Positions 18,338 to 27,137 of a DNA stretch of 64,000 bases are shown piece by piece (position 1 is the stretch's first letter; each line of letters opens with the position of its first letter). The notes under the pieces were generated by a model. The model had not been told where the DNA came from. It worked only from the letters and a program-made list of their open reading frames with translations, and searched no databases. The stretch is from the sequence record MT939492.1; one strand, written 5' to 3'. The position numbers were made by a program, and so were the translations under genes.

Positions 18338-19492
18338 TTAGCTCGCGGCAGCTTCGGTGACGTGGACTTCGGCAGCCGCCAGCACGCGCGGAGCGATCGA
18401 GTCCAGGCGACGGGCCTGCACGGCGATGTAGAAGTCGCCCAGCAGTGCGCCGGTTTCGCTGGTGGCAACGCCCGGGAAGGCGTCGGTGTAGAACGAAGCG
18501 CGCTGGATTTCCTGGATCAGGTCACCGGTGGCCGAGAAGTAGGCGTCGGTGATGTCCACACCGGCAGCTTCGTCCTTCAGCGACAGCGAGCCGTCCTGGT
18601 TCTTCACGGCGACCAGGTGCAGGCCGGCGGTGCGGTCGGCGGTCTGGATGAACACTTCGACGGCGTACAGGTCGAGCACGGCAGCGCCGTGGGTCTTGTC
18701 CAGCAGGCCGATCGAGAACGGGATGTTCCAGTCGCCGGCAGCCGGCACGGTCACGTTGTACTTCGGCAGGGCGCCATCGACCGGTGCGAAGGTGTTGATG
18801 TCCTTCCAGATACGAGCGCCGACGGCCACTTCCAGCTCGCCGTTGCTGTTGACGACCAGGTGGTCCGACGGGTTGCCGGTGCCGGTGAACAGCTTGCCAT
18901 CTTCGGTCTGGAAGGCTTCGTTGACTTCCACGTCCTGCACGACCTTCGGCTTGATCAGGCCCGAGACGATGCCGGCCGGGTACTTCAGGCCGTTCAGCAC
19001 GGTCTTGACGATCACCGAGGACAGCGGCGGCTTGCCGTCGGTCAGGATGATCTTCAGCTCGCCGATCCAGGCGAACGAAGTCGCCTTGGTCTTCAGGGTG
19101 TAGTCCAGCGGGTACTCGCCGGTCGGCAGGGCTTCGAAGACGACGTCGTCCTCGTCCAGACCCAGGCCGAAGGTGTCGTTGATCTCGGTGACCAGTTCGC
19201 TGGAGTTGGTCAGGCCAACCGAGCGCAGTTCGAGTTCCGGCAGGCCGGCGTCGGTGAACAGCTTCTGCAGGTCCAGACGCTGGTAGGCGGCGGTGACTTC
19301 GCCACCGAAGCGGCTTTCGGCCTTGGCGGTGATCAGGACGGTCGAGTTGACCTCTTCGCCCTGGCTGGCATCAGCCACCGGGTTGGCGAAGTCGACGTCG
19401 TCGAAGGTCAGCGGACCATAGATCATTTCCGCCGCGTTCTCTTCGTTCACGAGCGCGAGCAGGCGATCCTTGCTCTTGTCATTGAGCGACAT
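18338..19492 (-). CDS. Tail-tip/fibre family protein (anchor plus variable C-domain)
   Basis: LLALVNEEN..YQRLDL..LNGLKYP..NGELEV; RBS gagg upstream. Confidence 0.75.
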   Translation of the reverse strand: MSLNDKSKDRLLALVNEENAAEMIYGPLTFDDVDFANPVADASQGEEVNSTVLITAKAESRFGGEVTAAYQRLDLQKLFTDAGLPELELRSVGLTNSSELVTEINDTFGLGLDEDDVVFEALPTGEYPLDYTLKTKATSFAWIGELKIILTDGKPPLSSVIVKTVLNGLKYPAGIVSGLIKPKVVQDVEVNEAFQTEDGKLFTGTGNPSDHLVVNSNGELEVAVGARIWKDINTFAPVDGALPKYNVTVPAAGDWNIPFSIGLLDKTHGAAVLDLYAVEVFIQTADRTAGLHLVAVKNQDGSLSLKDEAAGVDITDAYFSATGDLIQEIQRASFYTDAFPGVATSETGALLGDFYIAVQARRLDSIAPRVLAAAEVHVTEAAAS

Positions 19493-19601
19493 TTTCAATA
19501 CCTCTAGCTAGTAAGGTGGGTGCGCATTGGTAGGCAAGGTCCGGTGAAGTGGAGCTGCCCACATAAGATAGATTCGGTTCCAAAGAACCCGATTCCAAAA
19601 A

Positions 19602-19624
19602 CTTTCACCTATACATCACCTAGT
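19602..19624 (+). promoter_or_regulatory. Putative early promoter, copy 3
   Basis: ctttcacctatacatcacctagt preceded by an A-tract. Confidence 0.6.
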
Positions 19625-19722
19625 TGAAGTAGTACAACCAATCCGCCAAGATTATCCATCTATCGACCATTCCCTCCAAAGGAAAGGTTGATAGATGGGT
19701 AGTTTTAGGTGTCTTCTTTTTT
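19625..19722 (+). ncRNA. Candidate small RNA or structured leader
   Basis: 16-bp stem 19653-68/19686-701 with two G-U pairs, then a U-rich run; directly after the promoter motif. Confidence 0.35.
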
Positions 19723-19748
19723 CGTTGTAACAGTAAGGGAGAAACATA

Positions 19749-21212
19749 GTGACGTATCGTCCACGTAAACATCGTGATCCGATCAAGCCTGCTCCGAAGA
19801 AGGCTGCTGCAAAGAAGACCGCTCCGCCGAAAGCTGCACCTCGCAAGAGCCAGGTACAGAAGGAAGCAGAGCGGTTGTTGATCGAGACGGACGCTGCCAA
19901 GAACACGCGCTACACCAATCAGGTCATCCATGAACTTTTCGCCAAGTTCACTCCCCGGGTTCGTGACCTGACCTTCGTCCACCAGCACGCACCTTTCGAA
20001 TCCAACGTCTACAACGGCTTGGGCGTGGGTGAGAGCTTCGTGCACAGCCTGATCCAACTGGCATGGTCCATCTACCCCGAGACGCTGCGCAGCAGCTATC
20101 AGGGGAAGAACGTCGAGATGCGAGCTCCTCAGGGCTGGCTACCGATGGAGTTCCTGCCGCTGGCCGAGTCCACCAAGTACACCGGTGGTATCGTCATGCT
20201 GACCATGGATCGTCGCGACAGCCGTCCTGACATCTTTGACGAACTGCTGACCCTGCCGATGATCATGGGAGTCAGAGCAGTTAGCTACACCAATCTGCTG
20301 CTGGCGCTGAATCTCCACGAGCTGAGCCAGGACACTGACCGCAGCGTGGAAGAGCAGGATCTGCTGGAACGCTTCTGCGGTTACTACATGGGTCGCATCG
20401 CAGCCTTCGGGTTGATCTTCAGGTGCGGCTTCATCAGCATGTCCGACGAACAGAACCTGGACGCTGAAGAGGCCATGTTCAAGCACGTCGACGAACGCTT
20501 CCAGACGATGCTGAACATCGCAGACGCCAAGGACGCAAGGAACAACCCCGACCTGGAAAGGTTCGAGGAAGCACTGATCCAGACGACCGGCTATGGTCAG
20601 ATCGGCTCCTATGTTCGCATGGGGTTCATCGACACCATGGCCTTCTTCGACGACCTGACCACCAAGCACCCCGAGCTGCTCACCGAGCCGCTCGATTCAC
20701 TGACCCACCCCGGCTCCAAAATCAACCTCACGACCGAAGATGACGGATTGGTCGTACGAGTGAACTACAAGGCCACTCCCGGCCAACGCAAGACTGTGAC
20801 CGAATTCGTTCGACCCGTCGACGATGCTGTCGAACTCGATTTTGTCCCAGAGAAAGTCACCCTCACCAAGCCCAAGACCACCAAGGAAAAGACCATGTCC
20901 CAGAGCACCGCTACCGCCCGCACCGTCACCCGTCCGGCCCGTTCGATCCCGCTGAGCCAGGGCGCTGGCCGTCCCGCCAAGGACTACCAGAAGGCCACCT
21001 TCGCTGAAGACGCCAAGGACTTCGGCGCCCGCTCCCTGGCCCGCTCCGAAACCCAGCTGCGCCGTGGTGTCCGCACCGTGAAAAACGTCGCGCTGGAAAC
21101 CGTCCACAACAAGAAGCGCCTGGCCATCATCGGCGGCGTGGCTGTGGCAGTTGTCGGCGGCGTGATGCTGTACAACTACCTGTCCGGGGACAACAACCTC
21201 GGCGATGCGTAA
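19749..21212 (+). CDS. Hypothetical protein with a Lys/Ala/Pro-rich N-terminus and a C-terminal TM helix
   Basis: GTG with RBS aaggga; KPAPKKAAAKK; LAIIGGVAVAVVGGVMLY. Confidence 0.75.
   Translation: MTYRPRKHRDPIKPAPKKAAAKKTAPPKAAPRKSQVQKEAERLLIETDAAKNTRYTNQVIHELFAKFTPRVRDLTFVHQHAPFESNVYNGLGVGESFVHSLIQLAWSIYPETLRSSYQGKNVEMRAPQGWLPMEFLPLAESTKYTGGIVMLTMDRRDSRPDIFDELLTLPMIMGVRAVSYTNLLLALNLHELSQDTDRSVEEQDLLERFCGYYMGRIAAFGLIFRCGFISMSDEQNLDAEEAMFKHVDERFQTMLNIADAKDARNNPDLERFEEALIQTTGYGQIGSYVRMGFIDTMAFFDDLTTKHPELLTEPLDSLTHPGSKINLTTEDDGLVVRVNYKATPGQRKTVTEFVRPVDDAVELDFVPEKVTLTKPKTTKEKTMSQSTATARTVTRPARSIPLSQGAGRPAKDYQKATFAEDAKDFGARSLARSETQLRRGVRTVKNVALETVHNKKRLAIIGGVAVAVVGGVMLYNYLSGDNNLGDA
20895..21212 (+). 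CDS. In-frame nested 105-aa membrane-anchored protein
   Basis: Strong RBS aaggaaaagacc-ATG inside 19749..21212. Confidence 0.55.
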   Translation: MSQSTATARTVTRPARSIPLSQGAGRPAKDYQKATFAEDAKDFGARSLARSETQLRRGVRTVKNVALETVHNKKRLAIIGGVAVAVVGGVMLYNYLSGDNNLGDA

Positions 21213-21229
21213 GCAGCCGGCCTGAAGCT

Positions 21230-21257
21230 AGTGGGGAGTAGTTCTCTACTCCCCACT
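21230..21257 (+). terminator. Hairpin
   Basis: agtggggagtag-ttct-ctactccccact, 12-bp stem after stop 21212. Confidence 0.6.
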
Positions 21258-21282
21258 CCTATTGGACGGAGGAAAGAGACGA

Positions 21283-21723
21283 ATGTCCGTCGTGATAAAA
21301 CAACCCGCCATGCGCGATTTCTTCACCCGCTTTTTTGAGAGCATCGATCAGTTGGCCAAGAACATCGGCTTCCTGTTCATGCATTTCGTCCTTCGTGGCA
21401 AGGTCGGCATGTTCGACTACGACTTCGAAGAAAACGAAGAAGACGGCCTGATCCACATTCGTGGTAACGGCATTGAACCCAACCGCTACATCAAGTTCCG
21501 CATCGAGAACCGCTGGATGGCTGGCAAGAGCAAGTTGCCCCCATCGGCAGTTCGTGACATCTTCTCCCGCATCATCGGCTCCGGCCTGAACACCACCGGT
21601 TTCCTCTTCAAGGGTTACTGGTACACACCCTACGGCGCACCCACGCGTCAACTAGGCGGTGACCACGCATTCAAAGACTACCGTCTCTGGAACAAGGACA
21701 CTGCCGCCCAACTATCCCAGTAA
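21283..21723 (+). CDS. Hypothetical protein
   Basis: ATG21283 with RBS ggagg. Confidence 0.75.
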   Translation: MSVVIKQPAMRDFFTRFFESIDQLAKNIGFLFMHFVLRGKVGMFDYDFEENEEDGLIHIRGNGIEPNRYIKFRIENRWMAGKSKLPPSAVRDIFSRIIGSGLNTTGFLFKGYWYTPYGAPTRQLGGDHAFKDYRLWNKDTAAQLSQ

Positions 21724-21732
21724 AGGAGCATC

Positions 21733-22233
21733 ATGAACGCAGTCGCAGTCACCCGCACCGAGCCGTCCATCGGTGAAATGTCCCTGGCCATCGCCAAGGT
21801 GTTCCACAGCGCCTTCTGCCCCTCGACTGAATGTGAAGCAGGCTGGCGCAAGATCGCCAAGATGTTCAAGGACGTGGATAGCCGCACTTCCTACTTCCAC
21901 ATCACCATCGGCAACAACAAGCTGGTCATGACCAACTACGATGATCGTGGTCGGCAGCTGGTGAGTGCAACGCGTTCCTTCGATCGCCCCAAGGGCAAGC
22001 ATCCGGCCAGGACGCTCACCGCCAACCAGATCCTCGATCTGGAACGCGCCATGTTCCACCTGACCGAGCACGAGCATCTGCGCAAGATCGAGATGCACAC
22101 CCTGCTGGAAGTCCACCTGCCCAACGTGGTGGATGAGATGAACCTCTCCATCGCCATCAGCGACTGCGGTCGTCGGCGCTTCCGTGTGGAACGCAACCCG
22201 AAGTTCGATCCTGCCATCTTCCGCAAGATCTAA
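21733..22233 (+). CDS. Hypothetical protein
   Basis: RBS aaggag. Confidence 0.8.
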   Translation: MNAVAVTRTEPSIGEMSLAIAKVFHSAFCPSTECEAGWRKIAKMFKDVDSRTSYFHITIGNNKLVMTNYDDRGRQLVSATRSFDRPKGKHPARTLTANQILDLERAMFHLTEHEHLRKIEMHTLLEVHLPNVVDEMNLSIAISDCGRRRFRVERNPKFDPAIFRKI

Positions 22234-22234
22234 A

Positions 22235-22294
22235 CGGCATAGGCTCCAGCTACCCGCGAGGGTAGCTGGAGCTATGACCTAACTCTTTTTTTTT
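22235..22294. terminator. Bidirectional GGCATA...TATG hairpin with U-tract
   Basis: cggcatag-gctccagctaccc-gcga-gggtagctggagc-tatgac...ttttttttt. Confidence 0.75.
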
Positions 22295-22297
22295 GCC

Positions 22298-23869
22298 TTA
22301 CGCGGCGATCGAGCTCATCTCGAAGCTATCAAACCAGGGCATTTCTTCACTCGTTCCGATCGCACCACCACCAGGCTTGCGCAGCGTGGTGTCCTTACCG
22401 TTGAAGTCCCACAGCAGCGTGCCCACCTTCTGGAACGGTAGCGCGAAGTACATGTCTCGATCATCGGTCTGATCGATAAGTCCTCGATGCTTACCGCGCT
22501 GGAATGTGAGGTACGCTCTGCCATCCACCTTGACGATGTGGATGTAGTACTCCAGATCGACTTCCTGATCGATACCCTTACAGCCGTCCCAATAACCCAG
22601 GTTCGCCACTTCCTTGACGAAGTCCGATTCAGAGATGCCGTCGCGCAGCTTCTGCTTAGCATCGGAGGACAGCTGATGCGGGGTCATGATGTGGATACCC
22701 TTGGCCGAGCCCAGGTTACGCACACGACGGATCAGATCCTTGATCTCCGCACCGGTTGCACCATGAGTACAACCAGCCTTGTTGAACATGGCCAGGTAGT
22801 CGATGACCAACAGGTGGATCTCGTAACCCATCGCCTCGAAGCGATTGATACGATCCTGCAGACTGGCGTAGGAGAACTCCGACGGGTTGACGCGGACCAT
22901 GTTGATTTCATAGCCCATCTGCGTGAGCTTACCGATGGTGTACTCGGCAATCTCTTCGGAGGTGTACTGAGTGGAGTCGACCTTGACCCCTTCCAGATTC
23001 TCCTTGATGAACTTGAACATCCACAGCAGCTTATCACTCACCTTGTCCTCGGTGGAGATAAGCATCATCATCGGCTTCTTGGTCTTGTCCTTCAAGTAAG
23101 GCGTGTTGAACATGCACGCTGTGGCGAACACAGCGTTACACCAGCCCGACTTGAACTTGTGCTGCAGCGCACCCACCAGAGACATGTCGCCACGACGCAG
23201 GCCCTTGTGGTGGCCCAGCATGCGCATGAAGCCCTGATAGCCGACAACCATCACGCCGTCTGTCTGGTTCTCTTCCTTCGCGCGTTCAACGGCGCCTGCA
23301 ATCTTGGTAATGTCATCGAAGGTCAGATCGTTGTCATCTTGCTCAATGACAGCGGTGGCATCACTTCGGTACGGCTCCAGCTTGTCCATCAGATCCTGGA
23401 CGTAGGTGCGCCAGTCAATGCTGCCTGCATTGAACATCAGCGTACTGGAAGCCGAACGAACCAGGTTGGTCACCGCATTGTTGCGATGATAGTGAATCAG
23501 GTCACGACGATGGGACAGGGCTTCGTCGCGGATCTTTTCCTGGTCGTCGATATCGCGGATGCCCTGTTCGATGGCGTCAAACAGCCACGTCTCGTCACCC
23601 ACGTTCACACGTATTCTTTGAAGCAATGCTTCCTTGTCTACCGACCGCTCTGCCTTGCGGTCGATGAGCCAGAGCACCGTTGCCCGCAGGCCCGTCATCA
23701 CCTCGCGTCCATGGTCGGTTTCGATCACGGACTCAGGAAGCTTGATGGAGTTCAACGTCTCACGGATGAGATCGTCAGAGCCAGAACCGTAGTCGGCAAT
23801 CTGGCTTTCGCGGAACAGCAGGGTTACCGCTTTTACGAGGAGTAGTTTTGCATCCATTTGTATGAACAC
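22298..23869 (-). CDS. dnaB: DnaB-like replicative helicase (phiKZ gp118-like)
   Basis: LLVIDYLAM (Walker B), ISTED, TPHQLS, QEVDLE and FQRGKHRG; divergent from the capsid region as in phiKZ-like phages; start could be 23857. Confidence 0.85.
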   Translation of the reverse strand: MFIQMDAKLLLVKAVTLLFRESQIADYGSGSDDLIRETLNSIKLPESVIETDHGREVMTGLRATVLWLIDRKAERSVDKEALLQRIRVNVGDETWLFDAIEQGIRDIDDQEKIRDEALSHRRDLIHYHRNNAVTNLVRSASSTLMFNAGSIDWRTYVQDLMDKLEPYRSDATAVIEQDDNDLTFDDITKIAGAVERAKEENQTDGVMVVGYQGFMRMLGHHKGLRRGDMSLVGALQHKFKSGWCNAVFATACMFNTPYLKDKTKKPMMMLISTEDKVSDKLLWMFKFIKENLEGVKVDSTQYTSEEIAEYTIGKLTQMGYEINMVRVNPSEFSYASLQDRINRFEAMGYEIHLLVIDYLAMFNKAGCTHGATGAEIKDLIRRVRNLGSAKGIHIMTPHQLSSDAKQKLRDGISESDFVKEVANLGYWDGCKGIDQEVDLEYYIHIVKVDGRAYLTFQRGKHRGLIDQTDDRDMYFALPFQKVGTLLWDFNGKDTTLRKPGGGAIGTSEEMPWFDSFEMSSIAA

Positions 23870-23891
23870 TTATTCTTGAAGAGGAATTGCG

Positions 23892-24407
23892 ATGAAGATG
23901 CTGTTCGCACCGCTCTGGATGATGCGCGCCATCGAGGCAGCGTCTCTCCCCAGAAGTGCTCTGGTCAACATCCCCAAACTTTTGGGCATAGTATCACCTG
24001 AGGATGTAAGACTTTATGTTGGCATCAATGGCCGACTGAACGACGTCCTCCCCGCACCCATCGTTGACTCGTTCCATTCCAGCGTCGACTGCCTCTACCA
24101 GACCGCCAACGAATGCGAAGAAACTCGCAAGCGTTTGGAGCTGGGCGAGGACTTCAACGCTGTCGTGAGCGACAAACGTATGAAGGATTCCGCTGCAGAG
24201 CTGGGCAAGTATGTACTTTCTTGCTACCCATTCTCTGAAGACACGGTGCTGATTTACCAGACCTCTGTGGAGGGAAGCACCGACATGGCTTCGCTGTACA
24301 CCGATGTCATGAAGATCCTCAATACCAAAATGCCGTTCGAAGAGCTCATGACCGAGCCCTGCGCGCGTGCATGGCTGCGTCACACCCTCGATCAGCAAGC
24401 GGCCTAA
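23892..24407 (+). CDS. Conserved hypothetical protein between DnaB and the capsid gene
   Basis: RBS gagga; position matches phiKZ-like synteny. Confidence 0.7.
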   Translation: MKMLFAPLWMMRAIEAASLPRSALVNIPKLLGIVSPEDVRLYVGINGRLNDVLPAPIVDSFHSSVDCLYQTANECEETRKRLELGEDFNAVVSDKRMKDSAAELGKYVLSCYPFSEDTVLIYQTSVEGSTDMASLYTDVMKILNTKMPFEELMTEPCARAWLRHTLDQQAA

Positions 24408-24614
24408 TAAGGCCTGACAAGAGCATTAGGCTTTTCCGCCTATTCTCCACTTTGCGCTTGATTTCCTGTATGGTATGGACAGGTTATCCCCGCAGGTGGA
24501 GGCAGTCCTAGGACAGGGTCGGGCATGTTGCAGCTCCCTATGAAGATATTCTATGGGAAAAGTGGCCGCCCCTCGCCCGATCCTATTCACACCAAACCGT
24601 CAAGGAACCCAGAA

Positions 24615-26900
24615 ATGCAGCGCCTCAACATTGCCTCGCGTCCGCACAACCCCTACAAGCAGGGCATCGACAACCTGAAGTCGCTGGTCCAGAACCAGTC
24701 TGCCAACTTCGGCGGCAAGGAAGCGACCAGCGCGATCCTGTCGATGGAAAGCCTGAGCGATTCGGCCTTCGCCACCCTGGAGCAGACCGCCCACGGCGTG
24801 TCGGCCAGCCTGGAAAGCCACTACAAGGGCCTGGACAACTCGGTCAAGATCGACCTGACCGAAGCCCAGAAGACCGCCGGTGCCATGGTTGCCATGGCCT
24901 TCGCCGATCCGGCCGCCTACCACAAGGCCGCCCTGAACAAGAAGGCCGTGTCGCAGGAAGGCATCCGCATGTCCTACGCCAGCAACTTCGGCGCTGCCGG
25001 CCTGCTGGACTACACCGACACCGTCGAACCGGCCCTGGAAGCCTTCGACGACCGCGAACTGCAGAACTCGATGGCCTACTCCATCCAGTTCAACGTCGAA
25101 GCTGCCCGCCAGGACGACGCTGCTGAACTGGCCTACCCGACCATCGTGGTCGGCCCGGACCAGGCTGCCATCGACGTCACCGTCGGTCGCTACCAGGTCC
25201 ACAAGGAAATCCGTCGCAAGTCCGACGGCACCGAGACCAACTGGCACCTGCGCAACCTGATCGACGCGCACCGTGACCACACCATCCTGGCCGACGAAGA
25301 AACCCGCGTCTACCCGGTCGTGGCCGAAGACGACAGCAACGCTGCCTCGTTCGTCGACGCCGCCATCGTGGGCGAGCGCGTGGTGCAGGTGTCGGGCTTC
25401 GACATCACCACCGCCCCGCTGGTGGTCCGCAAGAAGCACGAAATCATCGGCCTGTCCGCTCACCCGGAACTGATGGCCAACCAGATCCTGGACAACAGCG
25501 ACGCGCTGGATGCCCGCCTGGCCCTGGAAACCCTGTACGTCCAGCTGGCCGACGGTGAAACCGCCGTGCCGTTCGACGTCAGCCGCCTGCCGCTGAACAG
25601 CTTCCTGAAGACCATCGAAGGCCAGAGCAAGGATCTGTCGCTGCGTTTCACCAGCGTCGGCGCCCAGCTGAACTCGGCCACCACCACCGTCGACCAGGCC
25701 GTGCCGGCCATCGTCGCCGACCTGACCACCGCCAAGTACACCGTCAAGCTGCGCCTGCAGGCCTTCGGTGATGCCAACGTGCAGTACGGCACCGTCCGCG
25801 TGGACGCGCCGGAAGTCGAAGTCTTCGCCATCCTGGACGAGAACTCCGACCTGGTCGACCTGAAGTCCGGCGCCGGCCTGGCGATCGTGGACAAGCTGAA
25901 GGACGCCCGCATCGTCGGTTACGACCTGAAGGCCTACCGCACCAACAGCAACCGCCGTACCCGCGGCATGCAGCTGGACGTCCAGTGGGAAACCGAGCGT
26001 TACGTGATCCCGCTGGGTTCGCCGATCAGCGCCCCGAGCCCGATCACCGCCTCGCGCGATGCCTCGGACCTGAAGGCCCTGACCAACGCCGTGCGCATCC
26101 GCAACAGCAACAACGCGATCACCACGATGTTCAACTACGCAGCCGCGCTGCGTGACTACGTGGCCGGCCCGCAGATCAAGGGCTCGATCGCTCCGCTGGA
26201 AGGCATGGGTCGCTTCCTGGTCAAGCCGTTCTACGAAGAGCTGGAACTGGACCTGGAGAAGGAAATCAACTCCATCCGTTCGTGGGACAAGGCGTTCGAC
26301 GTCTCGGCCTGCCTGGTCAACGCGGTGCGTGACATCACCTACCGCATGTACCAGCAGTCCGGCTACCAGCAGGCGCTGGACGCGCACGCCGGTTCGGGCA
26401 ACAAGCCGATCCTGGGCCTGATCACCGACCAGGTCATCACCCGTCACCTGATGGTGCAGGGCGATACCCGTACCTGGGCGACCGTGTTCGACGAAGCCAA
26501 GCAGGCCGTTTCGGTCGACGACCGTGTCGATGGTCACATCGTCATGTTCTTCGTCCGTCCGTCCGCGCAGGGCGCCGATCCGCTGGCGTTCGGCAACTTC
26601 GCCTGGATCCCGGAACTGACCAGCTCGGTGATGGTGAACCGCAACGGCGCCACCATCAAGGAAGCGATGGTCCAGCCGCGTGCGCGTCACTTCAACAACT
26701 GCCCGATCATGGCGATCATCAAGGTGAAGGGCCTGGACAAGGTGCTGACCCTGAAGTCGACCCTGGCCGTGGACAGCACCGACGTGACCCCGGACGCCGG
26801 CAACGGCGGCAACGGCGGCTCGACCCCGGGCACCGGTGGCAACGGCACCGATCCGGGTGCTGGCGGCAACGGCGGCACCGGTGGCGGCACCGGCGGCTAA
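24615..26900 (+). CDS. Major capsid protein precursor (phiKZ gp120-like)
   Basis: Strongest codon bias in the window; about 760 aa; PALE|AFD processing-like site; RNLIDA, TNSNRRTRG and PELT motifs; RBS aagga before ATG24615. Confidence 0.88.
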   Translation: MQRLNIASRPHNPYKQGIDNLKSLVQNQSANFGGKEATSAILSMESLSDSAFATLEQTAHGVSASLESHYKGLDNSVKIDLTEAQKTAGAMVAMAFADPAAYHKAALNKKAVSQEGIRMSYASNFGAAGLLDYTDTVEPALEAFDDRELQNSMAYSIQFNVEAARQDDAAELAYPTIVVGPDQAAIDVTVGRYQVHKEIRRKSDGTETNWHLRNLIDAHRDHTILADEETRVYPVVAEDDSNAASFVDAAIVGERVVQVSGFDITTAPLVVRKKHEIIGLSAHPELMANQILDNSDALDARLALETLYVQLADGETAVPFDVSRLPLNSFLKTIEGQSKDLSLRFTSVGAQLNSATTTVDQAVPAIVADLTTAKYTVKLRLQAFGDANVQYGTVRVDAPEVEVFAILDENSDLVDLKSGAGLAIVDKLKDARIVGYDLKAYRTNSNRRTRGMQLDVQWETERYVIPLGSPISAPSPITASRDASDLKALTNAVRIRNSNNAITTMFNYAAALRDYVAGPQIKGSIAPLEGMGRFLVKPFYEELELDLEKEINSIRSWDKAFDVSACLVNAVRDITYRMYQQSGYQQALDAHAGSGNKPILGLITDQVITRHLMVQGDTRTWATVFDEAKQAVSVDDRVDGHIVMFFVRPSAQGADPLAFGNFAWIPELTSSVMVNRNGATIKEAMVQPRARHFNNCPIMAIIKVKGLDKVLTLKSTLAVDSTDVTPDAGNGGNGGSTPGTGGNGTDPGAGGNGGTGGGTGG

Positions 26901-26996
26901 CTGTTTTGGGGACGCTGGGTGGTTGGCAAATCCGCCACCCAGCAACTCAGACCAGTAACACCTAGTTCTACCTGCATTTCTGGCAGTACGGTGGAT

Positions 26997-27041
26997 CAGA
27001 GGGGTGGCTTCGGCCACCCCTCTGGTTTTTCCTTTATGCCG
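26997..27041 (+). terminator. Capsid gene terminator with TATGCC tail
   Basis: cagaggggtggc-ttcg-gccacccctctg-gttttt...tatgccg. Confidence 0.8.
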
Positions 27042-27053
27042 TCAAGCAAAAAA

Positions 27054-27076
27054 ACTTGAACCATACATCATTGAGG
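27054..27076 (+). promoter_or_regulatory. Putative early promoter, degenerate copy 4
   Basis: A-tract then acttgaaccatacatcattgagg; the TACATCA core aligns with the other copies. Confidence 0.45.
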
Positions 27077-27137
27077 TGTAACAGGATAGTTACGACCAAA
27101 TCGATTTGGAAGTTGCAAAGAAACTTTAGGGGATATC

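Noticed and set aside
19985-20010. ttcgaatcc resembling a tRNA T-loop
   Set aside because: Inside a coding frame, with no cloverleaf; no tRNA was recognised anywhere in the window
24460-24560. Several TATG late-promoter calls upstream of the capsid gene, and at 7494, 15762 and 19562
   Set aside because: A 4-mer is too frequent to call without TSS data
24525-24614. Longer capsid start at 24525
   Set aside because: No RBS and atypical codons; ATG24615 has aagga
24600-27017. 805-aa antisense ORF over the capsid gene, and 29906..32080
   Set aside because: Same shadow artefact from codon bias
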